From Eledone cirrhosa (lineage: Eukaryota), in NCBI GenBank assembly GCA_964016885.1, contig OZ024742.1:104160001-104224000 (forward strand): a stretch of DNA of 64,000 nucleotides. The letters run 5' to 3'. A program made the position numbers and the translations under genes. Every line of letters begins with the position of its first letter. Positions within the stretch are counted from its first letter, which is position 1. The notes below the pieces were generated by a model. It did no database searches. It was not told where the DNA came from and was given only the letters and a program-made list of their open reading frames with translations. Shown piece by piece: positions 27,310 through 40,233 of the stretch.

Positions 27310-29200
27310 AATGAAAGAAAGAAGAAATTAACTAGCAGAAGCAAAGGAAATTATGTGGAGGGCATGGCAGCAATTCCACCTTAATCCAGGTAGTATATCT
27401 CAGCTGTGCTCTGCAGGGATTGCCCCAGAAAACAACCAACAACATCTGCTGCATCAGCCACTCCACCTCACAGGGTTTCTTCCTAAGGTGGGATGTACTT
27501 CCTCATTTTGTGGCAGAACATTATTTTTATCCACCCTTGGTTCTCTGGAGAAATAGGGAAGCTGGTATTGAGTGAGAAGAGATTTAATTTTATCAGTTCC
27601 CCTATTTCTCAAGAGACTAGGGGTGGATAAAAATAATGTTCGGAAGACTATCTGAAGAGGCTGGAATGATACTATGGAACCAACACACTGTATAGTCATC
27701 GAACCCATTGATACATTCGAAATGGAACTGAACAACGGTGCTGCTCCAGAACCGTGGAAAACTGCCAGTGTCATTCCTCTGTTCAAAAAGGGTGACCACA
27801 CATCACCTGTGAACTATTATCCAGTCAGTCTTACTAGCTGCATTGCCAAACTGATGGAATCCTGTGTCAGAGAAACACTTTGGAACTTCTGGAACTCTCA
27901 CAGTCTTATCTGGCCCTCGCAGTGATCAACTTATCGGGTTTCTTGAAGACATCACCCGGATCACTGATGGCTCAGGGGTGGATGTTGTTTACCTTGACTT
28001 TGCTAAAGCTTTCAATTCTGTCTCTGCAATGGGTGTGAAGGATGATCTTTTTAACTGGTTGAAGTCCTTCATTCTCAGTCGAAGAGAGGTAGTCACAGTT
28101 CTAGGACAGCATTCCACACCGTATGAGATGTCATCTGGTGTACCACAGGGATCTGTTCTTGGCCCCCTTTTGTTTGTGGCATATATTAATGACATAGATG
28201 CCAACTTAAAGAATGCCACAGTACTGAAATATGCAGATGACATCAAGCCGTACCTTGAGATAAAAAGGACAGATCCTGAACACTATAGATCTTGCCTGCA
28301 ATCTGACCTGGACACAATGCAACAATCGATCACAGACTCGCAACTCAAGCTAGCTGTGGACAAGTGCACCACCATGCATTTTGGGAGTAAAAACCCAGCG
28401 TCCACATACTCCCTCCACAACACTAATATCAAGAAGTCTTCTTGTGAACGTGACCTGGGCATTACGGTCAGCAGCGATTTGCATTGGACAAAGCACGTCT
28501 CTAAAATTGTCAAGAAGGCCGAGGGTGTCTTAGCATCCCTCAGCAAGACCTTTGTCAGCCACTCTCCAGCTATCTATTTAAAGTTGTATATAGCTATGGT
28601 GTGGCCACACTTAGAATTTTGCATCACCAGTCTGGAACCCCTATCTTGCTCAGAACATTGACCGCCTGGAAACTGTTCAGAGACGTGCAACCAAGCAAAT
28701 ACCCTCCATCAAGCATCTACCATACTGAACGCCTTGCTTCCCTGGGCATAGATACATTGAAGCTCCGATGCCTGGCAACTGACTTGGTAAACACCTACAA
28801 AGTTATTAACCATCAGCCAAAAACAACCCTGAGTACCTTTTTGATTTCCATGTGTCTAACACACGTGGGCATGCCCACAAAGTTAGAAAACAGCACAGTT
28901 CCCATGACTTTCGGAAACATTTTTTCACGCTCAGAGTTGCTAAAGCATGGAACAAACTACCTGCATCAGTTGTTAGCTGTCGAGACACTGCATCCTTTAA
29001 GGCCTCCATGCTTCCTGAGATTCACCAACACTACACCTAATGTTCCCCCTCCATACACATACACACATGTATATCATGACTCATACACTATTCACTTCCC
29101 TGACATTTGTATATTATTCTATGTACTATACATGCACCTTTGACGAGTTGTAGTGCACCTGAGCACTTTACACAATAATTTCATTATTATTATTATTATC
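27310..29200 (+). mobile_element. Decayed CR1-clade LINE in the last tensin intron (antisense to tensin)
   Basis: WKTASVIPLFKKG, VYLDFAKAF, SGVPQGSVLGPLLF, YADD, ERDLG, TRGHAHK..FFTLRVAKAWNKLP; (ATT)n tail; frameshifts. Confidence 0.92.
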
Positions 29201-29417
29201 ATTAAATTGTAAAAACTCATTATGCATACTTATTTTTCACTATATATATATATATAATGTAAATGTAGTTGGTATTAGGAATGGTATCCAGCTGTAAAAA
29301 CCCCTGCCAAATTTACAGTCTCGGAGCAAGGTACGGCATGGTCTGACTTGTCTCTCGACTCAGACAACCCATCTGACCCATGCAAGTATGGAAAAATGGA
29401 TGTTAAACAGTGATGAT

Positions 29418-29465
<48 letters not shown>

Positions 29466-29600
29466 AGCTTATCCTGGGTTCAATCGGGGGTAACCACAGT
29501 AAGTAAGGTACTCAATACAGGGCAGAGTATAAATATTTAATATAGAAATGGCTTCTACAGGACTAGAACTGTTTCATTCGAAGAAATCATCAGGAAGCCC
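29466..29600 (-). mobile_element. Short Penelope-derived repeat (~135 bp) inserted in (TA)n
   Basis: Carries the hammerhead; homologue at 53312-53684 and partial at ~2760-2845. Confidence 0.65.
29550..29599 (-). ncRNA. Type I hammerhead ribozyme motif, intact core, in a short Penelope-like element in the last tensin intron
   Basis: Minus strand reads GGCUUC-CUGAUGA-uuucuucgaau-GAA-ACAG uucuaguc CUGU-A-GAAGCC: 6-bp helix I, short helix II, 4-bp helix III, GUA triplet. Confidence 0.8.
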
Positions 29601-29897
29601 ATATATATATATAGGTAAAATTCCATTATAACAAATTTTTCAGTATAATGAAATGTTTGTCCAATCCCCGAGGTGATAAACAAATGCTTGATTTGTTTCA
29701 GTCGATCTGGTTATAACAGATTTGTTTAATACTCAGTGAATTTCATTATAACGGAATTTCATTATATATATATATATATATATATATTCTTGCATGCTGT
29801 TGTATTTGAGTTCAGAAGGTGTAGTTAAAGTACAATTCCAACACTAAGAGCAATGAAACAACATAATATAGTATTAAAGAAGACAGAATCTACTCAC

Positions 29898-29936
29898 TTT
29901 GCACCTCCAGCACCGGGTACACTCACTTTGTTCCAT
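29898..29936 (-). CDS. TNS: Tensin 39-nt microexon (RWNKVSVPGAGGAK)
   Basis: ccactAG/GTGAGT, phase 2-2; fills the W...GG..AK segment between DPEDR and FGF. Confidence 0.85.
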
Positions 29937-32322
29937 CTAGTGGAAATAACGAGAAAAAGAACACATCAACTGAAAAGTCTGTCTGACACACAAAAGATGG
30001 AAGTAAATGAAATTTTGAGTGCTTACAATAATCCTGAAAGTTAACTTCTTTTAGCTAGAATTGTAGACAATGGGAGATACTAATCAAAGTGATATGTGAT
30101 GTCTCACACTGAATTAACTAACATTAATTCTTTTGATACCAAACTGTCTAAAACTGATCCTGGTTCTATGATACAAAACTGCTTCTATTTATCTAAAAAC
30201 CTTCAAACAACTTTATGTAAGAACGTTTGTTAAGTTATGTTTCAAACACTAGCTTAATAACGAGAAATTATTTTCAAAATTATTTAAAAATCATAAGCAG
30301 TGTCTTTCATTAAAAATATGGTAATGAAAGGATTAAACACTAGAGGTATTTAACCACAACCCATTTTAAGATATCCAAGTCACACTAAGGACTGAAATTT
30401 ACCACAATCATTTTAAAGAATCTATAACCACAAGATTCCTTCATTTCAATTTTTGTCCAGAATTACCAAATCTAACTCCTACTTTCACTGCAAGAGATAT
30501 ACTAAATAGTTTACAGTTTTTATTTACAGAATGGAAAACCTGTTTATTTCATTTTTTTCATTTACATATCATTAAGTTGTTTGAGTCAGTTTACTTGGAG
30601 AGATAAATAATATTGGGGAAAGGAGGGTAGTAAAATCTCATTAGTCACCATTCCAGCTGTGGTCATCTCATCTTTATTGTGTTGAATAATAACTTACAAT
30701 TTAAGACTTGAAAAGACATCTTGAGGGAGGTTTGGCTGCTACATTGAGTAGGTGAATGAACTTCTTAAAAAGCTCTTGCTGTGTTATGTTATAACATTAT
30801 TGGCAGGTTCGAATATGGCAATGGCTAATAGAATAGGGTAGCAAAATATTGGTACCCACAGTAACGTATGTAAACGAGATGCAGATCTTCGGCTAACCCA
30901 ACCAACCCTTGTTAGCAGGGAAGGCAGATGTTAAATGATAATGATTATGATGAAGATGCAGAGGTTAGTACTTGGTTCACCTTTGTAAAAGTCAACTTAA
31001 CAGCTTGGTTAACATTCCTTTTGGGATTCAATTAAGATTTCAGTTTCTTTTAGAAAGTGGAATTGGTCGACTAATAAATATCAATCTGCTTAGTCTTCAG
31101 ACTTTTCTGAAATCTGCAAAACTGATTTTTTTTTTTTTAGTATTATACAGACCCTACTTCCTCTACACATAAACTGAAGGCTTAATACTCAGTCAAATCA
31201 CCATAGATAGCTTGTTATTACTGTGTAGTATCTGATGATGATCTAAGCAAGGCCACTAAACCTTACTTGCCATACTAAACAATCTTTATGTCTTTCAGAA
31301 ATTCCCATGATTATTTATACAATCTTGATATATTTTGGAATAGAAAAACTTGTTAACTTTTAATATCAACTTGCCCCAAACTGCCTCAATTCTATGATGA
31401 CAGAGCTTTCGTTTTAAAGTATTCCTATTTAAATAACAAATAATTGTTTCTACTTTTAGGCACAAGGCCAGCAATTACCCAGTGCATTACTGGTACTTTA
31501 TTTTATCGACCCCGTAAGGATGAAAGGCAAAGTCAACCTCGGCGGGATTTGAACTCAGATCGTAAAGGGACGTAACTATGCTGGAAAGCATGGCGTCCGA
31601 CCCTCTACCGATACTGCCAATCCATTTAAATAACAAATAATGTTATGGAAGAAAACCCTTGTTCAGCTATGTATTAAACGACAACTTAATAATGTGATTA
31701 GTTATTTTACTAAGTTCCTTCAAATTGTTGATTATTTACAAACTTAATTGAAAAATATGGGTGGTGTATTTCATGAGAAAATATGGTAACAGAAGGGTTA
31801 ATTATTTTTTTTTTCGAAAGTCTAAGTATAAGGTCTGTCTCCATCACAGGGTTAAACCCCCAGCTATTGCTGGTACACATTTTCAGCTGAATATACTGGA
31901 GCAATGTGAAATGAAGTGTTTTGCTGAAGAATACAACATATAAACCAGCCAAGAAATCAAACCATTATGATCCTAAGTCCAATACCCTTACCATTAGACC
32001 ACGTGCCTCCGCATATGAATCTTTCATTGAAATTAATATCATAATCATTGTTATTTAACATCTGTCCTCTCTGTAGTAAGGGCTGGATGGAGCATTAGAG
32101 ACTGAGTCAGTACTCGAGTGAAGCTGCTGACCCTCAGATGGGCTGGGGGCCGGTATCTTGTTTACATATATTCTTGTGCTCTACCGAGTGCATTTTATCA
32201 AACACCAGCACTAGGGAGGTTGTTATGCCTTTGATATTTCTGAAAGAGTCCTCTGCCAGAAATTTCCAAACTGTGTATAAATACACCTTCCCTATTTATC
32301 TCTCAAAATTGTTCTTACTAAC

Positions 32323-32391
32323 CTCCGATCTTCTGGATCAATTCCACAATATGTCACTGCTGTTACTGGGTAATGTCGCCGGAAGAACAGC
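32323..32391 (-). CDS. TNS: Tensin PTB exon (KLFFRRHYPVTAVTYCGIDPEDR)
   Basis: Hallmark LFFRRHYP motif; ctAG/GTtag; 69 nt, phase 2-2. Confidence 0.95.
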
Positions 32392-32505
32392 CTAGAAAGT
32401 AAAATAACAAATATCACAAATAAAGTCACAGTCCATCAGACATATCATTGAGGTGCTGATGTACACATATGCACATACACACATCACATACATTTACAGT
32501 TTATA

Positions 32506-32696
32506 TGAGGGTCGGCTGAATACTTCATAGACTGATCAAGATACTCTCATGGAATGACCAAATGAGGTTTATTTTTCAACATAGTTTTCAACAATGCAGT
32601 TATTAATAAAAATAGTTGAAATTAAAGTATGCAAGATTTCACAGCTCTAGCATCACTTCTTCATAGTCAGCCTATGAACTTTTCAGCTAACCGTCA
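32506..32696. mobile_element. mariner-derived MITE
   Basis: TA-flanked, TIRs tgagggtcggctgaa / ttcagctaaccgtca; inverted sibling at 40001-40197. Confidence 0.75.
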
Positions 32697-33565
32697 TAGG
32701 TGTGTTTAAAATGTATTGAGCTTCTGAATCAATAGCTCCCTCACAGTTTGGCTATCCAATACAGAATTTAGGATTACGACACGAGTCAAAAACATTTTAT
32801 ATTAGCCATGATGATGCAAATGATAGTGATGTACAGTGAGCTTTAATACAGAGAAGAAAAGAGAGAGTGAGAGAGAAAGAGTGAGAATTGACCCCGGTAC
32901 TGGACTAGTATTTCTTTCAATCTTGAAAGGATGAAATGCAAAGTTGACCTTGGTAGAATTTGAGTACAGAGAGCCAGAATGAATACTGCAAACCATTTTA
33001 TCCAATGTTCTATTGACTCTGCCAGTTTGCATAGACTCCTTTTATATTAAGACGATCATTTACAGTCTGTTAAACTCATCTTTAGAGTAACATAATTATT
33101 ATAATCACCATTTACATCTACTTTCCATGCCTTGCTCATATGCTCTACTTTTTGTGCCTGATTTCTATGGATGGTTGCCCTTCCTAGCACCACCCCTTTA
33201 ACAGAGTGCACTGGATGCATTTATCATGTCTCCAGCACTAAAGTATAGCATTGTCCTCTGCAAGACTAAAACGTTTTCATTACTCTATAATGTTTCTATT
33301 CTTTCAAGGCAAATGTAACTAAGATGGTGAATGGAAGAGAGATTAATGACCAAGAAGCTGAAAGTGAGAGTAAGACTGTGAAGAGGAAACAAAGGATAGA
33401 AGGGGAGATAGTAGTGAGAAGGGTGAGACTATGATAGCTAGTTACATGTTGGTTGTTGGTAAGGAAGTTGAGTAGAGAAACCACATGTGTGTAGTGTAAT
33501 GGAGTAGCAATAAAGACAGGTGATGGTAAGAGAGAACAAGTGATGTATAACAATATATATATATA

Positions 33566-33824
33566 CAGTTGTCTCCCGGTATTCGTGGGGGTTATATTCC
33601 TAATGCACTTGCGAAGTGGTCCATAAAAATGCCTATACATGTAAAATATAGGCTTGCAAATATGGTATATTGTTATTAATAATTTATTAATATCCATTGC
33701 CACAAAAAGAATTGTGGAAGATATATATTCCGTAAATATGCGGTGGTTTCCCCAAACAATTATTAGTTAGATTCTAAGGCAAATTCCGCAAATAACTGGG
33801 ACCGTGAATGCCAGGGTTACACTG
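33566..33824. mobile_element. pogo/Tigger-type MITE
   Basis: TA-CAGT...ACTG-TA termini with imperfect TIRs. Confidence 0.6.
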
Positions 33825-34106
33825 TATTTACAATATTTACATTTACACCATATTTCAATCAACTGTATGTTTACATTCCTGTCACCATCAGGCATTTTAT
33901 TCTAAGAATATATACACTCTAAAGTTGAGGTCAAATGTTCATCAAATTATCATTTTATTAACATCCCAATTATTTAATCACCTTATACTGCTAACGATGA
34001 TGGTAGTAGAGAAGACTGTGATGGTGGCCATTATAGTGGGTTGTAATAGTAAAAATGACGGTTGCAGTGGACATTTAACTCTTAAGATAAGATAAAGCAC
34101 ACTTAC

Positions 34107-34275
34107 TTTCTGTTGTTATCTGTCAGTGTAATGCCTTGGGAAGAAACTTTGAAATGTACTACAGTTGTTTTAGGTACGGGATCTAAACCTAAGGTCACTT
34201 TGGCTGCTTTAGCAACGGCTTGAGGTCCAGTCAGGGATTCTGTATCCACTGTATTTAGGTAGAGAACGTTGCAGG
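34107..34275 (-). CDS. TNS: Tensin PTB exon ([24 protein letters not shown]...[19 protein letters not shown])
   Basis: Conserved ESLTGPQA and [13 protein letters not shown] motifs; tatAG/GTAAGT; phase 1 to 2. Confidence 0.96.
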
Positions 34276-34366
34276 CTATAAAGAAAACAAACCATATGAA
34301 ATCATTAACATTTAATAAATATTGATTTCTAATTTTGGCACAAGGTCAGCAAATTTTTGTTGTGTA

Positions 34367-34690
34367 GGTGTCACAACAAAAAGCACCCAGTCCACACTGT
34401 AGAGAGGTCATGTTGGTGTCACAACAAAAAGCACCCAGTCCACACTGTAGAGAGGTCATGTTGGTGTCACAACAAAAAGCACCCAGTCCACACTGTAGAG
34501 AGGTCATGTTGGTATCACAACAAAAAGCACCCAGTCCACACTGTAGAGAGGTCATGTTGGTGACACAACAAAAAGCACCCAGTCCACACTGTAGAGAGGT
34601 CATGTTAGTGTCACAACAAAAAGCACCCAGTCCACACTGTAGAGAGGTCATGTTGGTGTCACAACAAAAAGCACCCAGTCCACACTGTAA
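34367..34690. repeat. 48-bp tandem repeat, ~6.7 near-identical units
   Basis: Unit gtgtcacaacaaaaagcacccagtccacactgtagagaggtcatgttg; same motif as the RTE/SINE 3' tail repeats. Confidence 0.95.
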
Positions 34691-34992
34691 AGTGGTAATT
34701 TTGGTGCTACAATAAAAACCATCCGGTCTACACTGTAAATGTGATTGGTGTTAAAAGAGACCTTAAATGTGATTTGCTGGAAGAGGACTTGAAACAACTG
34801 AAAATCTTCCCAGTCACATTGCTGCTGGTTATAACAGTAAATCAGTCTACTCAGTGCTCCTTACTTATATCTGGATAAACCTTTACATACAGCACTAAAG
34901 CATTGTTGACAGGATAACATCAGTTAATCCAGTACACTACTGATTCAGTCTTGTGCAGTTCTTAATGAAATTAATATAACAATGATACCAAC

Positions 34993-35079
34993 CTGCTCCT
35001 GTAGCCAGTAAAGCAGCTGCTGAACTAGGAACTTCAGAACTGTGAGGACTTTCAGGATTGCTAATATCACCTGCTGGAT
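34993..35079 (-). CDS. TNS: Tensin SH2-PTB linker exon (DPAGDISNPESPHSSEVPSSAAALLATGA)
   Basis: ttcAG/GTtgg; 87 nt, phase 1-1; ends in LL..GAAC as in tensins. Confidence 0.9.
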
Positions 35080-35239
35080 CTGAAATAAATCAAAAACATG
35101 AACATTTACTCAAAGATTGAGCCTACATTAAGTGTCATTAAATGAGATACATATGGAGATAATTACTTTTTCTGGCTCCTTTGAAGATGGATATTAAACA
35201 TTTTACAATATCTATATATACATTGAGCTACTTCCATCT

Positions 35240-35396
35240 GTCACACACTTGAGATGACTGAGGAAGGAAGGGGTAATGACATCACACACTTGAGATGACT
35301 GAGGAAGAAAGGGGTAATGACATACTAGAGATGATTGAGAAAGGAAAGGGTGATATGTCACACAATAGAGATGACTGAGGAAGGAAGGGGTGATGG
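35240..35396. repeat. ~40-bp tandem repeat x4 (cacacttgagatgactgaggaaggaaggggtaatgacat)
   Basis: Seen directly. Confidence 0.85.
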
Positions 35397-35936
35397 AAAA
35401 CTACAGAAAACTGTCTAACATTCACTACACTTGTGAGTACAATCTACAATCTCAAGAACGCAACACACAAGCTAGTCCAGGAATTGAACCCACAACAACA
35501 TTATGATCATAAGTCCAACACCCTTACCACTTAGCTATGTGCCTCCACTGTTCAATTCAGTGAGAAGAGACCTTAATTGTTTTCCTAGTTCCAGGTTGTT
35601 CAGAATTGTATTTTGCATATTTCTTCCTGTCAATGTTTTCCTTGTGTTAAATATATTCTTTCAGACACTAATATGTCATTAATATAAAGAGTTATATTCT
35701 AACAGGATATTTATAATTTGGTTCCATACACCATTACATCACATATAAACATGCAGACATCATATCATATTAGTTTATTTTCTCTATAATTAGTTTTGGA
35801 TAAAACATGTATGTTAGTCTTTTTCTCTATATAGTTACATCCAGTTAATCTTATGTAGGATGTTTTGGTTTGTTTCATTGTTTTATATAATTGGTATATC
35901 CTTAATATCATTAAAACATTTATTTCAAATCCTTAC

Positions 35937-36014
35937 CTGATTCAGGGAGAACTAATTTACATGGCAGTGCCAGTGGAGTGATGGAATGCTGATACACAAG
36001 AGCTGCCAGAGTTC
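35937..36014 (-). CDS. TNS: Tensin SH2 exon ([26 protein letters not shown])
   Basis: Hallmark [15 protein letters not shown]; ttcAG/GTAAG; phase 1-1. Confidence 0.96.
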
Positions 36015-37642
36015 CTGAAAAATAAAACAACAAATATCAGAACACTTCATTAACTTATGATAAGAGTTGCAATTATCTTGCTGATAGAGAGAGAATTTAG
36101 TTATAGCAGATAATGATGGGTGCACAAAGATTGCAAATCCAGAGACACCAAAGAGAGTTTGAAAGGAAGCAGATAATGATATAGGTGTCATGAGGTTTCA
36201 TCATCGGAACTCAATGAAGGTACTAAAACAATCTTATTTTATAATCATAAAGCAAATATATATACTAAATAGAAGTACATACATATAATCAATTAATTAT
36301 TGTTAGTAACTTTACAAATCATTATAAATATAATTTAAAAAAAATATACAATCACAGCGAGAGAAAAAAAAAACAATTCAACACTAAGCGTGTCAATAGG
36401 TCACACACCACGATAGTCATCAGAAATCTTTGAGGCAAGCCAACATATTCGCAGCATTACCACGGGTGATGGCAAGACTAAAGCACTGAAACTAGGAGAG
36501 GAATCCTTCTTAAGTTTTTTAATTTTTCATTGCCATATTTAATAAGATACTCTGTATTTGAATTAATCAATGAAACATTTGGAGGATTTACTAAAAATAT
36601 TTCACTTATTACAATGGTATTTGCAACATAACAAAAAGGTTCTTATATAAAATTATACTGGAAGATTTTAATTTAAATAGGAAACTTCTAAATGAATGAT
36701 TTTGTTCCATAGACCCTGAGGCAGTTTGGTATGGAAAAGGTTAGTGATGAAAATGGCCTTTATTATTTTAGTGGACTAATAGAAGCCAAATATGCAAGAT
36801 TATATGTTTGTATAGATCCATAACTACTGATGTTGTAGCAATGCCAATCCCCTCTCCATGTCTGAACACAGTGGATTTCTGTAAGAGAGATGGGAGAGAG
36901 AGAGAGAGGGGGGGGGGGGAGAAAGAATTGATACCAGTATTGGACTGGTACGTTTTATTATTGACCTTAACAGGATGAAAGGCAGAGTTGACCTTGGTGG
37001 CATTTGAACTTAGAGTGCAGAGAGCCAGAACAAATACTGTAAAGTATTCTGACATTCTAAAGTTACTGTCAATTCACCACCTAGTAATGATGCAAAATTA
37101 CCCACAGAAAATGATTTCCATATATTTGTCCCTCTGGATCATTATATAACATTTCATGGTGTGAAGTGTGCATTCCACATGAAGGTCATTGATTTGTTTC
37201 AATTAGTTTTAGAGAAAGGTTAATAGCATCACAATTTATCATTTGATCCTGTAGAAACCCAGAGTTTCCCTTGGTATAAATTAGGTGTAAACATGGAAAG
37301 CAATCCCAAAGTAGAAACTTAGCTGACAGGATATTGATGGGTAGCAGCAGATTGGGATAAACTAAGTTCTAAACCTACTAAAGTTGCATTGACCTTTCTT
37401 GAAGCAGTAAATTAAATACTGGGATAAACACTAGATCTGATATATTGAATTTTTGGGATTACCATCAAATGCTTGATATTTCCACACAAATTTGCTTAAT
37501 CAGATATGGTCCCCCCCCCCCCCCCCCCACACACACACACAAAAACAATGAAAAAAGTTTGAAATGAAATCAAATAAAAAGGTGAGTTCCAGCACCCAGA
37601 AATATTGTTTATTTTTTTAATGAAATACTGAAAGATTTTTAC

Positions 37643-37738
37643 CAAAAACAGGTTCATTACTGCATCCTCGTAGACGAACACCTTTGGGTGTAGGTTCAAT
37701 CAAAAAGTGGCGCACTAGCTCTGATGCTGGATCAGCAC
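37643..37738 (-). CDS. TNS: Tensin SH2 exon ([32 protein letters not shown])
   Basis: Hallmark [20 protein letters not shown]; gacAG/GTaaa; phase 1-1. Confidence 0.96.
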
Positions 37739-39753
37739 CTGTCAAAATGGTAAACATGGAAATAGCATTACAAATGGGTTGGTGGGTCAAAATTAACCCT
37801 TTGAATTAATTAATGAAGCATTATTAAACAAAAATTATTAATATTATTATTCATTTCATTACTAAGATATAACTTAATTTATGGTTCTTATATAAAATTA
37901 TGTTGGAATAGTTTAATTTAAATAGGTACCTTTATAATATTAACCCTTTAGCATTTACATTACTTTATATATACTATTGTATTTTCACAGTAAACACTTC
38001 ATCTCAAATAATTATCTTATATAATATCGAATCTACAAGATTTTGATATTTTGAGAACAATACCTTAAAATAAGTATAAGTAGTTGGTTATGGCCGGTTT
38101 CAACAAAAAGAGGTGAGATAATTCTGGTTGGATATGGCCGGTTTAAATGCTAAAGTAAGTATAAGTAGTTGGATATGGCCGGTTTAAATGCTAAGATAGT
38201 AACTTAATAAATAGTTGTTATATACAATTCTGTTGGGAGATTTGATTTTAAATATGAATATTTACAAATGGGTAGATTGGTACCGAAAGGGTTAAACCTT
38301 GATTTTAGCTCTACCTTGTAGAGGATTATAGCATGCTATCCAGGCCAAACAGCAACAAATTAAATATAAATTGGAAACAGTATTCTTTTTCATCAAGATT
38401 GTACAAAGTAAATAGAATGTGTAAGCTAGTTTATAAATGCCTATGGGCAGAGTTTGAATTCGGAGTCTATGTTTTACTTATCCAGCCTATAAACCACATG
38501 ATCACTTTGAAATAGAAATCATAAATTCAGTGGGTTACAGTGATGCTTGAAAGTTAATAGTATTTTACACACAGGTTAATTTCCCAATTCCTCATAGGTA
38601 GCTCAGCCCACTTCTTTGTCTCTAAGGGTAATTTATCTAATTTCTCAACTATTATCTATAGTGGTTGACTGTTATTACAGTTATTTTGTGCATTTGGGAC
38701 ACTCACATTTTCAAATTTCAAACATTCTCAGTGCTTTTATAATTCATAAGGTTGATTCCAAACTATAATTTGTGCAACCCACTTCAGCATGGAAGAACAG
38801 ATGTTAAATGAAGATGAAGATGAATTTAAAAGTTTGATTTTTTACGTAGCTACCTTGAACTTTATAACAACCAAATTCTCTGCAGAATAGGTTATATACA
38901 AAATAGGATGTGACTAATTTCAACCTATTGTGGAATAAGGATAAAGGTATATGTGTGTAATATACACATAAATCTTAAATACAGGGCGAGTCATATTTCA
39001 AATGATAAAATTTACTAAAATTCTGGTCATACATTACGAAATTATAAATGCATTAAACAAAAGTAATTAAAAAAATATAACCATGGTTGATTACACACAA
39101 ATAAGTGGATGTTCAAAAGATTATATGTGAACTTAACAATAAAAATACATTGACTGTCCGGTTACTTACGACTCACCTGTATATGGTGAATATCATAAGA
39201 ATGTTACAGACTGTAACAGGAACTTCTCTTTCTCTGAACATTTATTTTTCTGTCTGTTTGTTCAGCTTAACAGAAGTAATTTTATATAAATCCTTGTTTC
39301 TATAATTTCAACTATGATATTAAACATTCTACAGTGTGACCCAATCCTGTAACTCAATCCTGTACTTAATTGACCTACCCTCATTATGTCTCAGCTTCCT
39401 CAACCAATGGAATGATCTTTCTCAACTATTATGTGGTTAGTATGCAGGCTGCTAGTATGGTAAATCAACACCATCTTCATCATTTTTATGTCAACTTTTT
39501 ACATGCTGGCATAAGTTGGACAGGATATTTTGAGGCAATGTTCAGATGCCTTTCCTAACACCAACCCTTTTAGTTACCTATCATGACATGAAGGGGTAAT
39601 GTGTGCCTATTATACACACTACGATGATGATGATGTATTGTGCTCCTACTTAAAAAGAAACAAAAACACTAGTTTATTTTCAATTATTCTACTATAAGAT
39701 GGAAATGGTCTTGTTTTTCAATAATCAGAGGAGAATAATGAGAGTTAATTTAC

Positions 39754-39879
39754 CTGCTTTAGTCTGTACATTTGGTGGCACCTGGGCCACTTTAAGAGCA
39801 AGACCAAAAGCTCCAGGGAAGGAGTTGCTGTCTCGGACAACAAAGATACCTGGTGCTCTATCTTTGAGCATCAAGATTG
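39754..39879 (-). CDS. TNS: Tensin SH2 exon (AILMLKDRAPGIFVVRDSNSFPGAFGLALKVAQVPPNVQTKA)
   Basis: SH2 FLVR-equivalent FVVRDS and GAFGLALKV; tacAG/GTaaa; phase 1-1. Confidence 0.96.
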
Positions 39880-40000
39880 CTGTAATAAAAGACAGGAAGA
39901 AACTTGTTAATTTACTTCATTTGTGGTGAAATTAGTAGAGTAATTTTGTAGTTGGTTTATATTGACATATAAACATATACAATCAGTATAACCTACAATA

Positions 40001-40197
40001 TGAGAGTGGGCTGAAAAGTTCATAGGCTGGCTATGAAGGAGTGATGCTGGAGTTGTGAAATATTGCAAGCATTAATTTCAACTTTTCTTATTAATAACTG
40101 CATTATTTCTCTCCAGGGACTATGTTGAAAAATAAACCTCATTTGGTCATTCCATGAGAGTATCTTGGTCAGCCTATGACTTTTCAGTTGACCCACA
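40001..40197. mobile_element. mariner-derived MITE
   Basis: TA-flanked; reverse-oriented relative of 32506-32696. Confidence 0.75.
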
Positions 40198-40233
40198 TAA
40201 AACAAGCATGCAAAAGTAACATAGAAGCATATA

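Noticed and set aside
34367-34690. CRISPR-like regular array and its 101/115-aa repeat ORFs
   Set aside because: Units are contiguous and identical with no unique spacers; eukaryotic intron, TE-tail derived, no cas genes.
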